In this document: positions 1 through 8,449 of the stretch, piece after piece | Numbering within the stretch: the stretch's first letter is position 1 | How the letters are laid out: each line of letters opens with the position of its first letter | Sequence record: MG592456.1 | Length of the DNA stretch: 64,000 nucleotides | Direction: 5' to 3' (one strand) | Notes under the pieces: generated by a model | Told to the model about the DNA's origin: nothing | Database searches by the model: none | What the model saw: the letters and a program-made list of their open reading frames with translations, nothing else | Translations under genes and position numbers: made by a program

Positions 1-357
1 ATCGAACATTTTACCTGTACCCTTGCGCTGAATACGCATAGACACAGCATTGGCACGAGTTTTCAACATGAAATCTTGAACAACCTTGACGATTGTTTCT
101 TGGAATTTCTGTGGGTTCTTAGTTTCGCGTATAGTAATGCCGCCTTTCTTGCCGCGCATTGCTGATACAGTACAGAACCAAGCACGTTTACCGCGATTCG
201 CTACGTCTGATTTTGTTTTATTCGTGAACGTAACGACCACATCCCTTGATTCGCCGTTCATGTCGACAACAAAGAACTTGTTTTCTTTCGTCGAGCGAGC
301 CGGATAGTAATCGTAGGTATCGCCCATGCTTTCATTTAGTTGTTGAAATCCAATCAT
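1..357 (-). CDS. Partial CDS running off the window edge; Alt-like N-terminal domain, putative internal head protein
   Basis: Not in ORF track. Open minus frame from ATG 357: MIGFQQLNESMGDTYDYY...KGGITIRETKNPQKFQETIVKVVQDFMLKTRANAVSMRIQRKGTGKMFD, resembling by eye the T4 Alt N-terminus; late-like CATAAATA upstream. Confidence 0.6.
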   Translation of the reverse strand, partial: MIGFQQLNESMGDTYDYYPARSTKENKFFVVDMNGESRDVVVTFTNKTKSDVANRGKRAWFCTVSAMRGKKGGITIRETKNPQKFQETIVKVVQDFMLKTRANAVSMRIQRKGTGKMFD

Positions 358-389
358 TTTAGACTCATCTCCAGTGTAATTTATAAGTG

Positions 390-397
390 TATTTATG
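390..397 (-). promoter_or_regulatory. T4-type late promoter (CATAAATA; second TATAAATT at 378-385)
   Basis: 1 mismatch to TATAAATA, upstream of minus-strand CDS. Confidence 0.6.
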
Positions 398-437
398 CGG
401 TTTGTATTGAGCAATTAAAAAAAAATGTAAAAAGTGG

Positions 438-467
438 TTGCGTCTTTCACCAAATGGCGATTACTAT
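438..467 (+). promoter_or_regulatory. sigma70-type early promoter
   Basis: TTGCGT-18bp-TACTAT, followed by TCGAAAC leader. Confidence 0.55.
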
Positions 468-507
468 AACTACATCGAAACGAGACATTCAACGAAGCGA
501 GAAAATT

Positions 508-1008
508 ATGACAAATCTAAAAGCAAAAGCAACAACAATGACACCTGAGCAAATCGCAGCACACTTTGACATGACTGTTATGTCAAACGGTTTTCAAGCA
601 ATCGATAAAAACAATCGTATGCACTTCTTATCAGATTTACGCTCACAGCTTCGCAAAGCATCGTCTAAGAAAGCAAACAAGAAAGCTGTATTGCCAACTG
701 CTCAAGAGAACATCATGCGCTTAAACGCTGATTTTAGCGAGTACAATTGGTTTATTCGCGACACACAGCCTGGCTTAGATATTGAAAAACTTGGTTTACG
801 TTTATACTTCATCGGTGGTGTTAACGTTCATCAGCTAAACATTCGTTCAACGTTGTTCAGCACGAAAGAATTGAACAAGATGTTTGAGAGTAATAAAGTA
901 CTGAAAAATCATACCGGCAAGGGTTCTGTGACTATTGGCTCACTTTCATACGATGAAGTTGTTCATATAACTAACAAAATCATCTTTGAGAGTAAAGAAA
1001 TGCAATAA
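508..1008 (+). CDS. Hypothetical early protein (start re-assigned to ATG 508)
   Basis: GAGAAAATTATG initiation context downstream of promoter; the track start lies upstream of the promoter. Confidence 0.75.
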   Translation: MTNLKAKATTMTPEQIAAHFDMTVMSNGFQAIDKNNRMHFLSDLRSQLRKASSKKANKKAVLPTAQENIMRLNADFSEYNWFIRDTQPGLDIEKLGLRLYFIGGVNVHQLNIRSTLFSTKELNKMFESNKVLKNHTGKGSVTIGSLSYDEVVHITNKIIFESKEMQ

Positions 1009-1033
1009 TTTTGGTTATTTAGTGAATCGGGTA

Positions 1034-1062
1034 TTGACAGTAACATCGAAATACCCGATAAT
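1034..1062 (+). promoter_or_regulatory. sigma70 promoter within a 10-bp inverted repeat
   Basis: TTGACA-17-GATAAT; ATCGGGTATT 1026-1035 / AATACCCGAT 1050-1059. Confidence 0.8.
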
Positions 1063-1112
1063 AAACACATCAAGTCGAGACAGACTTACTAATCAACTTA
1101 AAAGAGAACATT

Positions 1113-1913
1113 ATGACTATCACTAAAGCAGAAATGAACAAAATCGCACTAGACATCATCGGTGGCAACAACTTGCTTAAACGTGACTTGCTTGCAGAAG
1201 GTTGGACATTCACTTTCTCTAAGAGAAAATCTGCTTTAGGTGATTGTAGTTACGGAAAAAAGGTTATTCGTCTTTCTGAAGTTTATTTGAATGCACGTAC
1301 TAAAGACGAGCAAATCAACACAATCACTCACGAAATGGCACACGCTATTTCGTTCACAGACAACAGAGAACGTGGTCACGGGGCGGGATGGAAGCGTATT
1401 CATCGCTCACTTGGTGGCGATGGTCAGCGTTGTTCTGATGTGTCTAATCCTGAAGCAGTTAAAAGCAAGTATGTTGCTTTTTTCGAAAACTCAAACGGCG
1501 AGCTTGAAATTCTTGCTAACGTTGATAAACGCACTCGCAAGTTTCACCCACAGCATATTCATCACATTTATGTGAAGGGTCGTAAAGCTGAAACTCAAGG
1601 TAAAATTCGTCTTGTAGCCTCTGAGACTTTCGAAATTCTTCGTTCTGAAGCGACTCAACAGCCAGTCAGAGAGCCGATTCAGAAAGTAGAAGCGAAGAAA
1701 GTAGAAAAGAAAGCTGCACCTGCTAAGAAAGCAACTGTACGTGGCGAAGCGGGTCGACTAGAAATTGCTGCTCAAGCTGCTGCGATACTTAACTTCACTA
1801 ACATCAGCTTTGACCGTCGTGGCAAGTATCAAGACTGGTACATCAATGCTACTGTTAACGGGGCTGAGTTTAATCAACGTCTAGACACTTTCAAGAAAAA
1901 ACATAGCTTCTAA
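1113..1913 (+). CDS. SprT-like zinc metalloprotease
   Basis: LGDC..KKVIRLS, TITHEMAHA (HExxH), GHGAGWKRI. Confidence 0.85.
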   Translation: MTITKAEMNKIALDIIGGNNLLKRDLLAEGWTFTFSKRKSALGDCSYGKKVIRLSEVYLNARTKDEQINTITHEMAHAISFTDNRERGHGAGWKRIHRSLGGDGQRCSDVSNPEAVKSKYVAFFENSNGELEILANVDKRTRKFHPQHIHHIYVKGRKAETQGKIRLVASETFEILRSEATQQPVREPIQKVEAKKVEKKAAPAKKATVRGEAGRLEIAAQAAAILNFTNISFDRRGKYQDWYINATVNGAEFNQRLDTFKKKHSF

Positions 1914-1929
1914 GCTAACGAATTACATT

Positions 1930-1955
1930 AAGCCACTCGATTGAGTGGCTTTTTT
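1930..1955 (+). terminator. Intrinsic terminator
   Basis: AAGCCACTC-GATT-GAGTGGCTT plus T-run. Confidence 0.85.
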
Positions 1956-1963
1956 CGGTCTCC

Positions 1964-2040
1964 GAAAAATACCGTCTCACTTTAGTAATATTAGGGACTT
2001 TAGTGTTATTAGTAATATTAGGGACTTTAGGGTTATTAGT
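1964..2040. repeat. TTAG 9-nt-period array, copy 1 (includes 2 x 27-bp tandem repeat)
   Basis: TTAG at 1982, 1991, 2000, 2009, 2018, 2027, 2036; leader GAAAAATACCGTCTCACTTTAGTA. Confidence 0.9.
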
Positions 2041-2067
2041 TTAACAAAACGCATTGTACGCTATAAT
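2039..2067 (+). promoter_or_regulatory. GTTTA-class promoter
   Basis: GTTTAA-17-TATAAT. Confidence 0.65.
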
Positions 2068-2087
2068 ACAGCCACAAGGAGACATGA

Positions 2088-2327
2088 ATGATAACGATAT
2101 ACACTATCCCTAACTGTGACGGGTGTCGTCACGCTATCGCATTCTGCAAGTTTAAGAAAATCCCCTATGACGTAGTCGAGTTAACTACTCAAGACGCTGT
2201 CGACAAACTTCATGTCAAGCTTGGTCAAAACATGAATGTGCGTGTTCCACTCATCATGCATGAAGATACATTAATTGGTCATCTGCCTGAGTTAAAGAAA
2301 TGGGTTAATGACAACTTGTATAAATAA
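2088..2327 (+). CDS. Glutaredoxin (NrdH/NrdC-like)
   Basis: IYTIPNCDGC (CxxC), VPLI, thioredoxin-fold size. Confidence 0.85.
   Translation: MITIYTIPNCDGCRHAIAFCKFKKIPYDVVELTTQDAVDKLHVKLGQNMNVRVPLIMHEDTLIGHLPELKKWVNDNLYK
2319..2326 (+). promoter_or_regulatory. T4 late promoter TATAAATA
   Basis: Exact consensus upstream of gp24-like gene. Confidence 0.85.
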
Positions 2328-2380
2328 AAGAAATCACAAACATTCTCCGCTGAAATGCGGCAATAAATTAAGGAAATAAC

Positions 2381-3277
2381 ATGACAATTTCTATTGGTAA
2401 TGGCTTACCAGACATTGTTTCTGTTCAAAAGCGTCTATATCCATTGATTTTTACGCATATCGTATCAGAACAACCAACGTCGCAGCCAGTTGCTACTGCG
2501 TTTGGATTTAAGTCACAGACTGAAGCCGACGACGGCAGTGGTTGGAAACTATTAGGGTTCTCACTCGATCGTTGGTTTACTAATGTAAAAGCTAGTAAAT
2601 TAAAAACTGAAATCTCAATCGAAGCAATTCAAGATCTCGCTGCACTTGGTATGGGCGATGACATCATCACAACGAACCTAGCTGATTCAATCGCTGATGA
2701 CATTAACACTGATATCATTACATCGCTCAATGCAATCTCTCAGGTCGGTGCACCCCTGACTCTTTTAGGTGCGACTGATGGCGACAAGTCGTGGGACTTG
2801 TACACTAAAGTGCATGTGGCAGCGGCTGCTCTTGAGAAAGAAACAGGGTGTCATGCATCTTACGCTGTGGCAGGTGGTGACATATTTGGGATGTTAACGG
2901 GGTCGGGGTATGTCTCACAAATCGGTGACAGTAGCATATACGTTTCTGTAGCGGGATTGACCATCGTTCATGATAAGTATTCAACGACTGATTACTTCAC
3001 AGTCGGTGTTAAAAAAGATCTTGGTGAATTTGAACTTTCGAGCTTAGTATTCAGTCCATACAATTTTGATGGTGAATTTGATTCAGGTATTGCATATCAG
3101 CAATTGGCTATTGATCCATCATCATTTAATCCGACTGTGGGTGTTATTGCTCGTTATGCTCTAACTGTTGCCCCTCTAGATTCATCGCAAAAAGGCGCAG
3201 TCGAAATCGACTGGGACAATTTAGGTGCATTAGCCAACAGTTCAAAACTTTCTGTGACATACGACGTTACGGTATAA
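2381..3277 (+). CDS. 24: Capsid vertex protein gp24-like (gp23 family)
   Basis: YPLIFTHIVSEQPTSQP, KLKTEISIEAIQDL, VFSPY, PTVGVIARYAL resemble gp23/24 motifs; late promoter. Confidence 0.7.
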   Translation: MTISIGNGLPDIVSVQKRLYPLIFTHIVSEQPTSQPVATAFGFKSQTEADDGSGWKLLGFSLDRWFTNVKASKLKTEISIEAIQDLAALGMGDDIITTNLADSIADDINTDIITSLNAISQVGAPLTLLGATDGDKSWDLYTKVHVAAAALEKETGCHASYAVAGGDIFGMLTGSGYVSQIGDSSIYVSVAGLTIVHDKYSTTDYFTVGVKKDLGEFELSSLVFSPYNFDGEFDSGIAYQQLAIDPSSFNPTVGVIARYALTVAPLDSSQKGAVEIDWDNLGALANSSKLSVTYDVTV

Positions 3278-3286
3278 GGTTATATT

Positions 3287-3802
3287 ATGAATAATCATTA
3301 TGTAGATAATAAAGCTCTGTACGCATCGCTATGCGAATGGAAAGATGAAATGAAGAAAGACTCCGACGTATCTGTGCCCGTGCCGGACCTAGTGGCAGTA
3401 AGCATCATGAAGATTAGCGAGAATTTAACTCGTCGTTACAACTTCAGCGGTTACACGCTAACGTGGAAAGAAGAAATGGTCGGGGATGCGATTGAGCACT
3501 GCTTGCGCTACATCAAAAATTTCGATACTGATAAATATAACAATCCACACGCTTATATCACCCGGATTTGTTTTAATGCGTTTGTGCAACGTATTAAGAA
3601 AGAACGTAAAGATACTGCGATTAAATATAAAGTATTCTTGTGCGATTCGTCAAATTACATCACTGAGGGCGAAGAGGAAGCGGATTTTGAGTTTCTTCAA
3701 CAAATGCTTGAGCGAGTCAACTCTTACGAATCTGGCAAAGCACCGAAGGTCTCTGCTGAAGATAAGAACGAGCCACTTAACTTACAAAAATTTTACGATT
3801 AA
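3287..3802 (+). CDS. 55: Late-transcription sigma factor gp55
   Basis: HYVDNKALY, NFSGYT..WKEEMVGDAIE, NPHAYIT..CFNAFVQRIKKE. Confidence 0.95.
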   Translation: MNNHYVDNKALYASLCEWKDEMKKDSDVSVPVPDLVAVSIMKISENLTRRYNFSGYTLTWKEEMVGDAIEHCLRYIKNFDTDKYNNPHAYITRICFNAFVQRIKKERKDTAIKYKVFLCDSSNYITEGEEEADFEFLQQMLERVNSYESGKAPKVSAEDKNEPLNLQKFYD

Positions 3803-3811
3803 GGAATAAAC

Positions 3812-5254
3812 ATGATAGGTAACTTTGACTCATTTTTGAGTGCAAATCGCCGCGGAACGCAGGGTGGTAAAATCTACCCTAAATTCGGTCAGGTTGTCGT
3901 TGAGCTGGGTACTAAAGCCACAGCGTTCAGCAAAGACAAAGGCGCTGAAACAACAATACGTATGATGGAAAAGGCGAACGAGCTAAAATCTATCATGCAA
4001 ACTAAATTAATTGAAGACGCTAACGTAAATCACTCGGAATTTGATATCAATTTGAGTGAAAATGTCAGCGTTGCCAACTTACTAATGGAACTTGAATTCG
4101 CTGCAATGCCAGCGCATGAATTGTATCAAGTTAAGTCGTTTATCATGTGTCATGAATCTCGTTTGCCGAGTATCGTGATTAAAGGTGGTGAACTGTCAGA
4201 CATTGTTAACGAAGCTGTGAAGCTTGGCTATAAGAAGAAAGACATTCACGTCGTATTCCCTATGGATGAAATGATTATTGACCTTGCTGACAGTGACAAG
4301 TTGATTATTGAATCACTGTCGTTTGACGGTCAGTCGGCGTCGGATGTACTATCAATGGCGAAAGATATCGAGCTTGGTGATGTTTACGTAACTATGAATC
4401 GTGTGGCATCAGATGCGAAATTATCTGAAATGACTGAGCTGAAGATCAAATCTGGCACGAAAGAGCTTAGTATCGGTTTATTGAATCGTCATATCATGGA
4501 CAATTTCATTGTTAAGCCAGCCGCGGATGTTTCTTACGCTCGTGTGATTGAGAGTCACACAGATCGCCCTATGCTTGAAGGCTTCAAAGCTTACGATTGG
4601 CGTCGTAACATGACCCTGCTTGAATCGAAGCAAAATATCTTTGCGGGTTATCAAACAAAGGCACCGATGACTGCTACATCATGGAGAAATCTAGTTGATG
4701 TGCAAGAATCGTATTTCACCAATGGTTGGAAATTAAAGCATAACAACAAAAGTATCGTTCTTACAAATGCTGAAAACGCTATGAGAGGCGGTCAAGTGTG
4801 TGAAGAATATCGAGTTGAGCTGTCAGAATCTGGCTATCCGATTCTTGACGTAGTTGCAATGCTTGAGTCAGCCGGAACTTCGATGACTTGTGCTGAATTT
4901 GCCAAAGCCATGATGAAACTTGATGGTCTAGTCACGCCAGAACGCCAGACAATCACTGCATTTGTGACGGAGTCTGCAAGTAATCGCGTGTACCACCCAC
5001 AGGCAATGCTTGGGTTGCGTCCCGTTGTTGAAGCCGTGGATGACGTCAATTCATTAATTAAAGCTATTTCGAATGGTCAATTTAGTCAATTCAGAGTGAA
5101 TCAATCTTTTGCAGACACTATGTTAGACCAAGAAACTTTAAATTCAATGATGGAACACATCGTATCTGATGGTATTGATGTTAGCGTCGATGGCGATATG
5201 GTTGAGTTCAAAGTAAACGAAACCAAATACGTGATTAAGACCGACATTAAGTAG
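3812..5254 (+). CDS. Hypothetical 480-aa protein, possible prohead core or internal protein
   Basis: Long ORF with RBS; many [ILVM]-x-E-[SAG] motifs. Confidence 0.6.
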   Translation: MIGNFDSFLSANRRGTQGGKIYPKFGQVVVELGTKATAFSKDKGAETTIRMMEKANELKSIMQTKLIEDANVNHSEFDINLSENVSVANLLMELEFAAMPAHELYQVKSFIMCHESRLPSIVIKGGELSDIVNEAVKLGYKKKDIHVVFPMDEMIIDLADSDKLIIESLSFDGQSASDVLSMAKDIELGDVYVTMNRVASDAKLSEMTELKIKSGTKELSIGLLNRHIMDNFIVKPAADVSYARVIESHTDRPMLEGFKAYDWRRNMTLLESKQNIFAGYQTKAPMTATSWRNLVDVQESYFTNGWKLKHNNKSIVLTNAENAMRGGQVCEEYRVELSESGYPILDVVAMLESAGTSMTCAEFAKAMMKLDGLVTPERQTITAFVTESASNRVYHPQAMLGLRPVVEAVDDVNSLIKAISNGQFSQFRVNQSFADTMLDQETLNSMMEHIVSDGIDVSVDGDMVEFKVNETKYVIKTDIK

Positions 5255-5261
5255 GAAGCAC

Positions 5262-5984
5262 ATGAAAACTTTTAACACTTTTTTCGAGACGCTGCATGAA
5301 GCTGCGGCTGAAGTAGAGGGGCAATACCCAGCCCCATTTGACTATAAATTTCACAAATACACAGCCGATGCTAAATTCACATCCGCTGCAACTAGTATTA
5401 ACAGCAAAGTAAACGCCGGTTTCTTATCTGCCGTTGCTTCGCACTTCAAACCCGGCTCTACGGTCATCGACTACGGTGCGGGTAAATACGGTCGTGTTGC
5501 TCAAGCATTGCGTGAGCAGGGATTCAGAGTGTTTGCGTATGATCCGTATAACGGCAAAGCAGGCGCTGATGGGTGGACTGACGTGTCGAAGACGTTACCG
5601 AATGGTATTAAATTCGATCATGGATTTAGTTCATTTGTGTTAAACGTTGTGGATTACGACGTTCAGGCTCACATTGTTAAAGAGCTTGAGAGTTACGTTA
5701 CCGGTACTAAAATTCACATCGTACGTGGTTCGGACATTGTAGACACGCTGGTCAAAGTTGTTACTGGCAAATCAAAGAACCCGTATGTTATGGGTTACGT
5801 TGAATTGCATTATCCTGACTTGTTGCAGAAAATTGTAAACGGTCACGGTACAAAAGCTGATGCGAAATGGCTTGCTCAACATGGTGTTGCGACGAAATTA
5901 GATTCGTTCCAACGCTGGCCTGACTTATCGGAGATGGGCTATAAACGCTCTGGCCCCGCTGCGTCGAGCATGTGGATCAAGTAA
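5262..5984 (+). CDS. Class I SAM-dependent methyltransferase-like protein with capsid-targeting-like N-terminus
   Basis: VIDYGAGKYG motif I, VFAYDPY, FSSFVLNVV; N-terminus MKTFNTFFETLHEA. Confidence 0.75.
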   Translation: MKTFNTFFETLHEAAAEVEGQYPAPFDYKFHKYTADAKFTSAATSINSKVNAGFLSAVASHFKPGSTVIDYGAGKYGRVAQALREQGFRVFAYDPYNGKAGADGWTDVSKTLPNGIKFDHGFSSFVLNVVDYDVQAHIVKELESYVTGTKIHIVRGSDIVDTLVKVVTGKSKNPYVMGYVELHYPDLLQKIVNGHGTKADAKWLAQHGVATKLDSFQRWPDLSEMGYKRSGPAASSMWIK

Positions 5985-5988
5985 AAAC

Positions 5989-6017
5989 AAAGGGTTGACT
6001 TCGGTCAGCCCTTTTTT
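5989..6017 (+). terminator. Intrinsic terminator (UUCG loop)
   Basis: AAAGGGTTGAC-TTCG-GTCAGCCC-T6-GTGTCTG. Confidence 0.9.
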
Positions 6018-6040
6018 GTGTCTGAAATTCAAGAAAGTGG

Positions 6041-6069
6041 TTGTGTTCATGCTCGATAAAGCCTATTAT
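6041..6069 (+). promoter_or_regulatory. sigma70 early promoter
   Basis: TTGTGT-17-TATTAT, then TATCGAAAC leader. Confidence 0.65.
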
Positions 6070-6098
6070 AGCTCTATCGAAACGAATTGGAGAATATT

Positions 6099-6344
6099 AT
6101 GACTACATTAGCTATTGGTACTAAAGTTCGAAGCTTTGATTTTTTCTCACGCAACGATTGTTACATTGATGGTACAATCTGTGCTGTCGATGAAAATCGC
6201 GGCTTGTATACGCTCGATGGTGCTACTCGTATATGGGAAGGCGAAGTTTTTCCACACTACGAAAAAGTCGAATGTCAGATTAATAACATGTTTGATGACC
6301 TGTTTCATGCTGAATTTGGTACTAATATGGTAACTGCACTCTAG
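6099..6344 (+). CDS. Hypothetical protein
   Basis: GGAGAATATTATG start. Confidence 0.7.
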   Translation: MTTLAIGTKVRSFDFFSRNDCYIDGTICAVDENRGLYTLDGATRIWEGEVFPHYEKVECQINNMFDDLFHAEFGTNMVTAL

Positions 6345-6353
6345 GAAAATATT

Positions 6354-6635
6354 ATGAGTAAATTAGACTGGTCGAAAAAGTTAGTTCTAGACGCAATGGC
6401 AGATCCAGAACTAATGAAAAAGTTTTGGTCTGAAGAGTTTTTAATCGTGCCTGACGAAGATCTTGTAATCAGCGGCAATACGTGTTCAGCAACGTTTCAT
6501 TTGAATCGTACAGTCGAAGTGACTGTGTTTTTGGATGACACGCTTGAACGTCTTGAACATCTGTTCGGTATCGAGTTACGCAAATCTGTCGCTATGATCC
6601 GTGCAAGACATGCAACTGCACTCGATTACGTATAA
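6354..6635 (+). CDS. Hypothetical protein
   Basis: ORF with AGGA RBS. Confidence 0.7.
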   Translation: MSKLDWSKKLVLDAMADPELMKKFWSEEFLIVPDEDLVISGNTCSATFHLNRTVEVTVFLDDTLERLEHLFGIELRKSVAMIRARHATALDYV

Positions 6636-6638
6636 ACT

Positions 6639-6667
6639 GTTTAAAAATTGTATCGTCGTGATACAAT
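6639..6667 (+). promoter_or_regulatory. GTTTA-class promoter with inverted repeat
   Basis: GTTTAA-17-TACAAT; ATTGTATC/GATACAAT. Confidence 0.6.
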
Positions 6668-6692
6668 ACATTCAACTTATGAGAGAAATATT

Positions 6693-7172
6693 ATGACATT
6701 TATCGAAATTAGCGACATCCTTTCTGATGACACTCTTGGTTTTGCTATGGCTGGTGTCCAAAACATCGAAGCTCTTAGTGCGAAAGAGCGCGATACCGTC
6801 TTAAACAAGGCGATTGAAGTCAAGCTCTACGAGAAACTACCAGCAACTACACTATTTGATGACGTGCTTTCTTCTAAAACTCCAATCACCGTGATTTTAA
6901 GTGACATCGAGCCAATTGCTGCACAGCAACAAGCTTGGATTTCTGCTGTAGAAGCGCACGCTAAACTAACAATCCCTACTATTCGATTTGCTGACATTGA
7001 AACTATCGAAGGTGATTTAATGATTGCGAGTCGTTCATCAGCGCTTATTAAGCACGGTGCACGTGGCGGTCGAGTCTTAGCATTTTCAACACACACACAA
7101 TTCCCATTCATTATTGACAAATTAAGTGAGCAATCATGCAACCAACCGCCCCAATTGAAAACGACGGCTTAA
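6693..7172 (+). CDS. Hypothetical protein (start re-assigned)
   Basis: GAGAGAAATATTATG context. Confidence 0.7.
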   Translation: MTFIEISDILSDDTLGFAMAGVQNIEALSAKERDTVLNKAIEVKLYEKLPATTLFDDVLSSKTPITVILSDIEPIAAQQQAWISAVEAHAKLTIPTIRFADIETIEGDLMIASRSSALIKHGARGGRVLAFSTHTQFPFIIDKLSEQSCNQPPQLKTTA

Positions 7173-7495
7173 TCAAAGACGTACAAGCCGACCCAGAAGT
7201 CATGGAATACATGGATACCATGCGTGAACAGCGCGACGCGATGGTTAAAAAAGAAGCCAATCGTCGTATTAAGAAAAATCAACGTGAGATCACACGTCTA
7301 CGCAAACATGCTGAAGAATGTCTGATCTCTAATAACAAAGCGGGTTACATCTACGCAATTGGTAAACTACGTGCATTCACGGGTCAATCTGTTGCTGAAG
7401 ACGTGCTTGAAGTGCTGTGGACGACTAGTCGTGAGCAAGTCATGAGTATTGTCACTAACTTTTCGGAAGCACGCGACGCTCACTTTGAGGGCTAA
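7136..7495 (+). CDS. a-gt.4: T4 a-gt.4-like conserved protein
   Basis: KKEANRRIKKNQREITRLRKHAEE..NNKAGYIYAIGKLR. Confidence 0.7.
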   Translation: MQPTAPIENDGLIKDVQADPEVMEYMDTMREQRDAMVKKEANRRIKKNQREITRLRKHAEECLISNNKAGYIYAIGKLRAFTGQSVAEDVLEVLWTTSREQVMSIVTNFSEARDAHFEG

Positions 7496-7497
7496 TT

Positions 7498-7959
7498 ATG
7501 GATATTAAGTCAGGGAATGGCTACCCCGCTAGTGCTCTGTCAAACTTCGCACCTCATGCATTTACATTGCATGGGGTGGAATGCGCTTCAATGGAAGGCT
7601 TTTTGCAAGGTCTGAAGTTCAAAAACCCCGAAATGCAACGCGAAGTCTGTACACTAACGGGCAAAGTTGCTAAAGCTCGTGGTGCAAAGAAGAACTGGCA
7701 ACGAACACAAACCCTTTATTGGCAAGGTACGCCAATTCAACGCAACTCAGTTGGATATCAGACGTTACTTGACGATGCATTTGCGGCATTGGCTGAAAAT
7801 GTTAAGTTTCAAAAAGCTTTGCTTGCAACTGGAGATGCTAACCTTACGCATTCAATCGGGCGTAAGAAGCAATCTGAAACGGTATTGACTGTGCAAGAAT
7901 TTTGCAGTCGATTGATGACAATTCGAGATTGGGTGAAACAACTTGATGAATATAGTTAA
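7498..7959 (+). CDS. 30.3: NADAR-family ADP-ribosylhydrolase (T4 gp30.3-like)
   Basis: YPASALSNFA, MEGFLQGLKFKN, TLYWQG, KALLATG..LTHS, LTVQEF. Confidence 0.8.
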   Translation: MDIKSGNGYPASALSNFAPHAFTLHGVECASMEGFLQGLKFKNPEMQREVCTLTGKVAKARGAKKNWQRTQTLYWQGTPIQRNSVGYQTLLDDAFAALAENVKFQKALLATGDANLTHSIGRKKQSETVLTVQEFCSRLMTIRDWVKQLDEYS

Positions 7960-8449
7960 ACTCGCACTCAACGCAGTGTATCGAGCACAGAAGACAGATA
8001 AGCCAATTCTATACTTTGATATGGATAACGTTCTTATCGACTTTCAGAGTGGCATTGACGCACTCTCTGTTAGCGAACGACAACGTTATGCTGGCAAATT
8101 AGATGAAGTTCCGGGGATTTTTGCTCATATGCGCCCAATGAATGGTGCAGTTGCTGCATTTCATTTGTTGAACAAGCACTTTGATTGCTATATACTGTCT
8201 ACTGCGCCATGGGACAATCCGGGAGCATGGCAAGATAAACGCAACACTGTTGAAATGTTCTTCGGTGAAGCAGCACGCAAGAAACTCATTCTATCTCATA
8301 ATAAGAATCTGAACTTTGGTCATTATCTTATTGACGATCGAACCGCTAATGGTGCAGGTGAGTTCATGGGTGAACACATACATTTCGGGACTGACAGATT
8401 CCCAGATTGGCCATCTGTAGTTTCATATCTTTTGAAGGAAATAAAATGA
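7946..8449 (+). CDS. 5'(3')-deoxyribonucleotidase, HAD family
   Basis: ILYFDMDNVL, YILSTAPW, YLIDDR. Confidence 0.85.
   Translation: MNIVKLALNAVYRAQKTDKPILYFDMDNVLIDFQSGIDALSVSERQRYAGKLDEVPGIFAHMRPMNGAVAAFHLLNKHFDCYILSTAPWDNPGAWQDKRNTVEMFFGEAARKKLILSHNKNLNFGHYLIDDRTANGAGEFMGEHIHFGTDRFPDWPSVVSYLLKEIK

Noticed and set aside
86-307. Plus-strand 73-aa ORF
   Set aside because: Antisense shadow of the longer minus-strand gene, which has a late promoter; no RBS
1982-2035. 27-bp tandem repeat as a CRISPR array
   Set aside because: Only two contiguous units, no spacers, no cas genes
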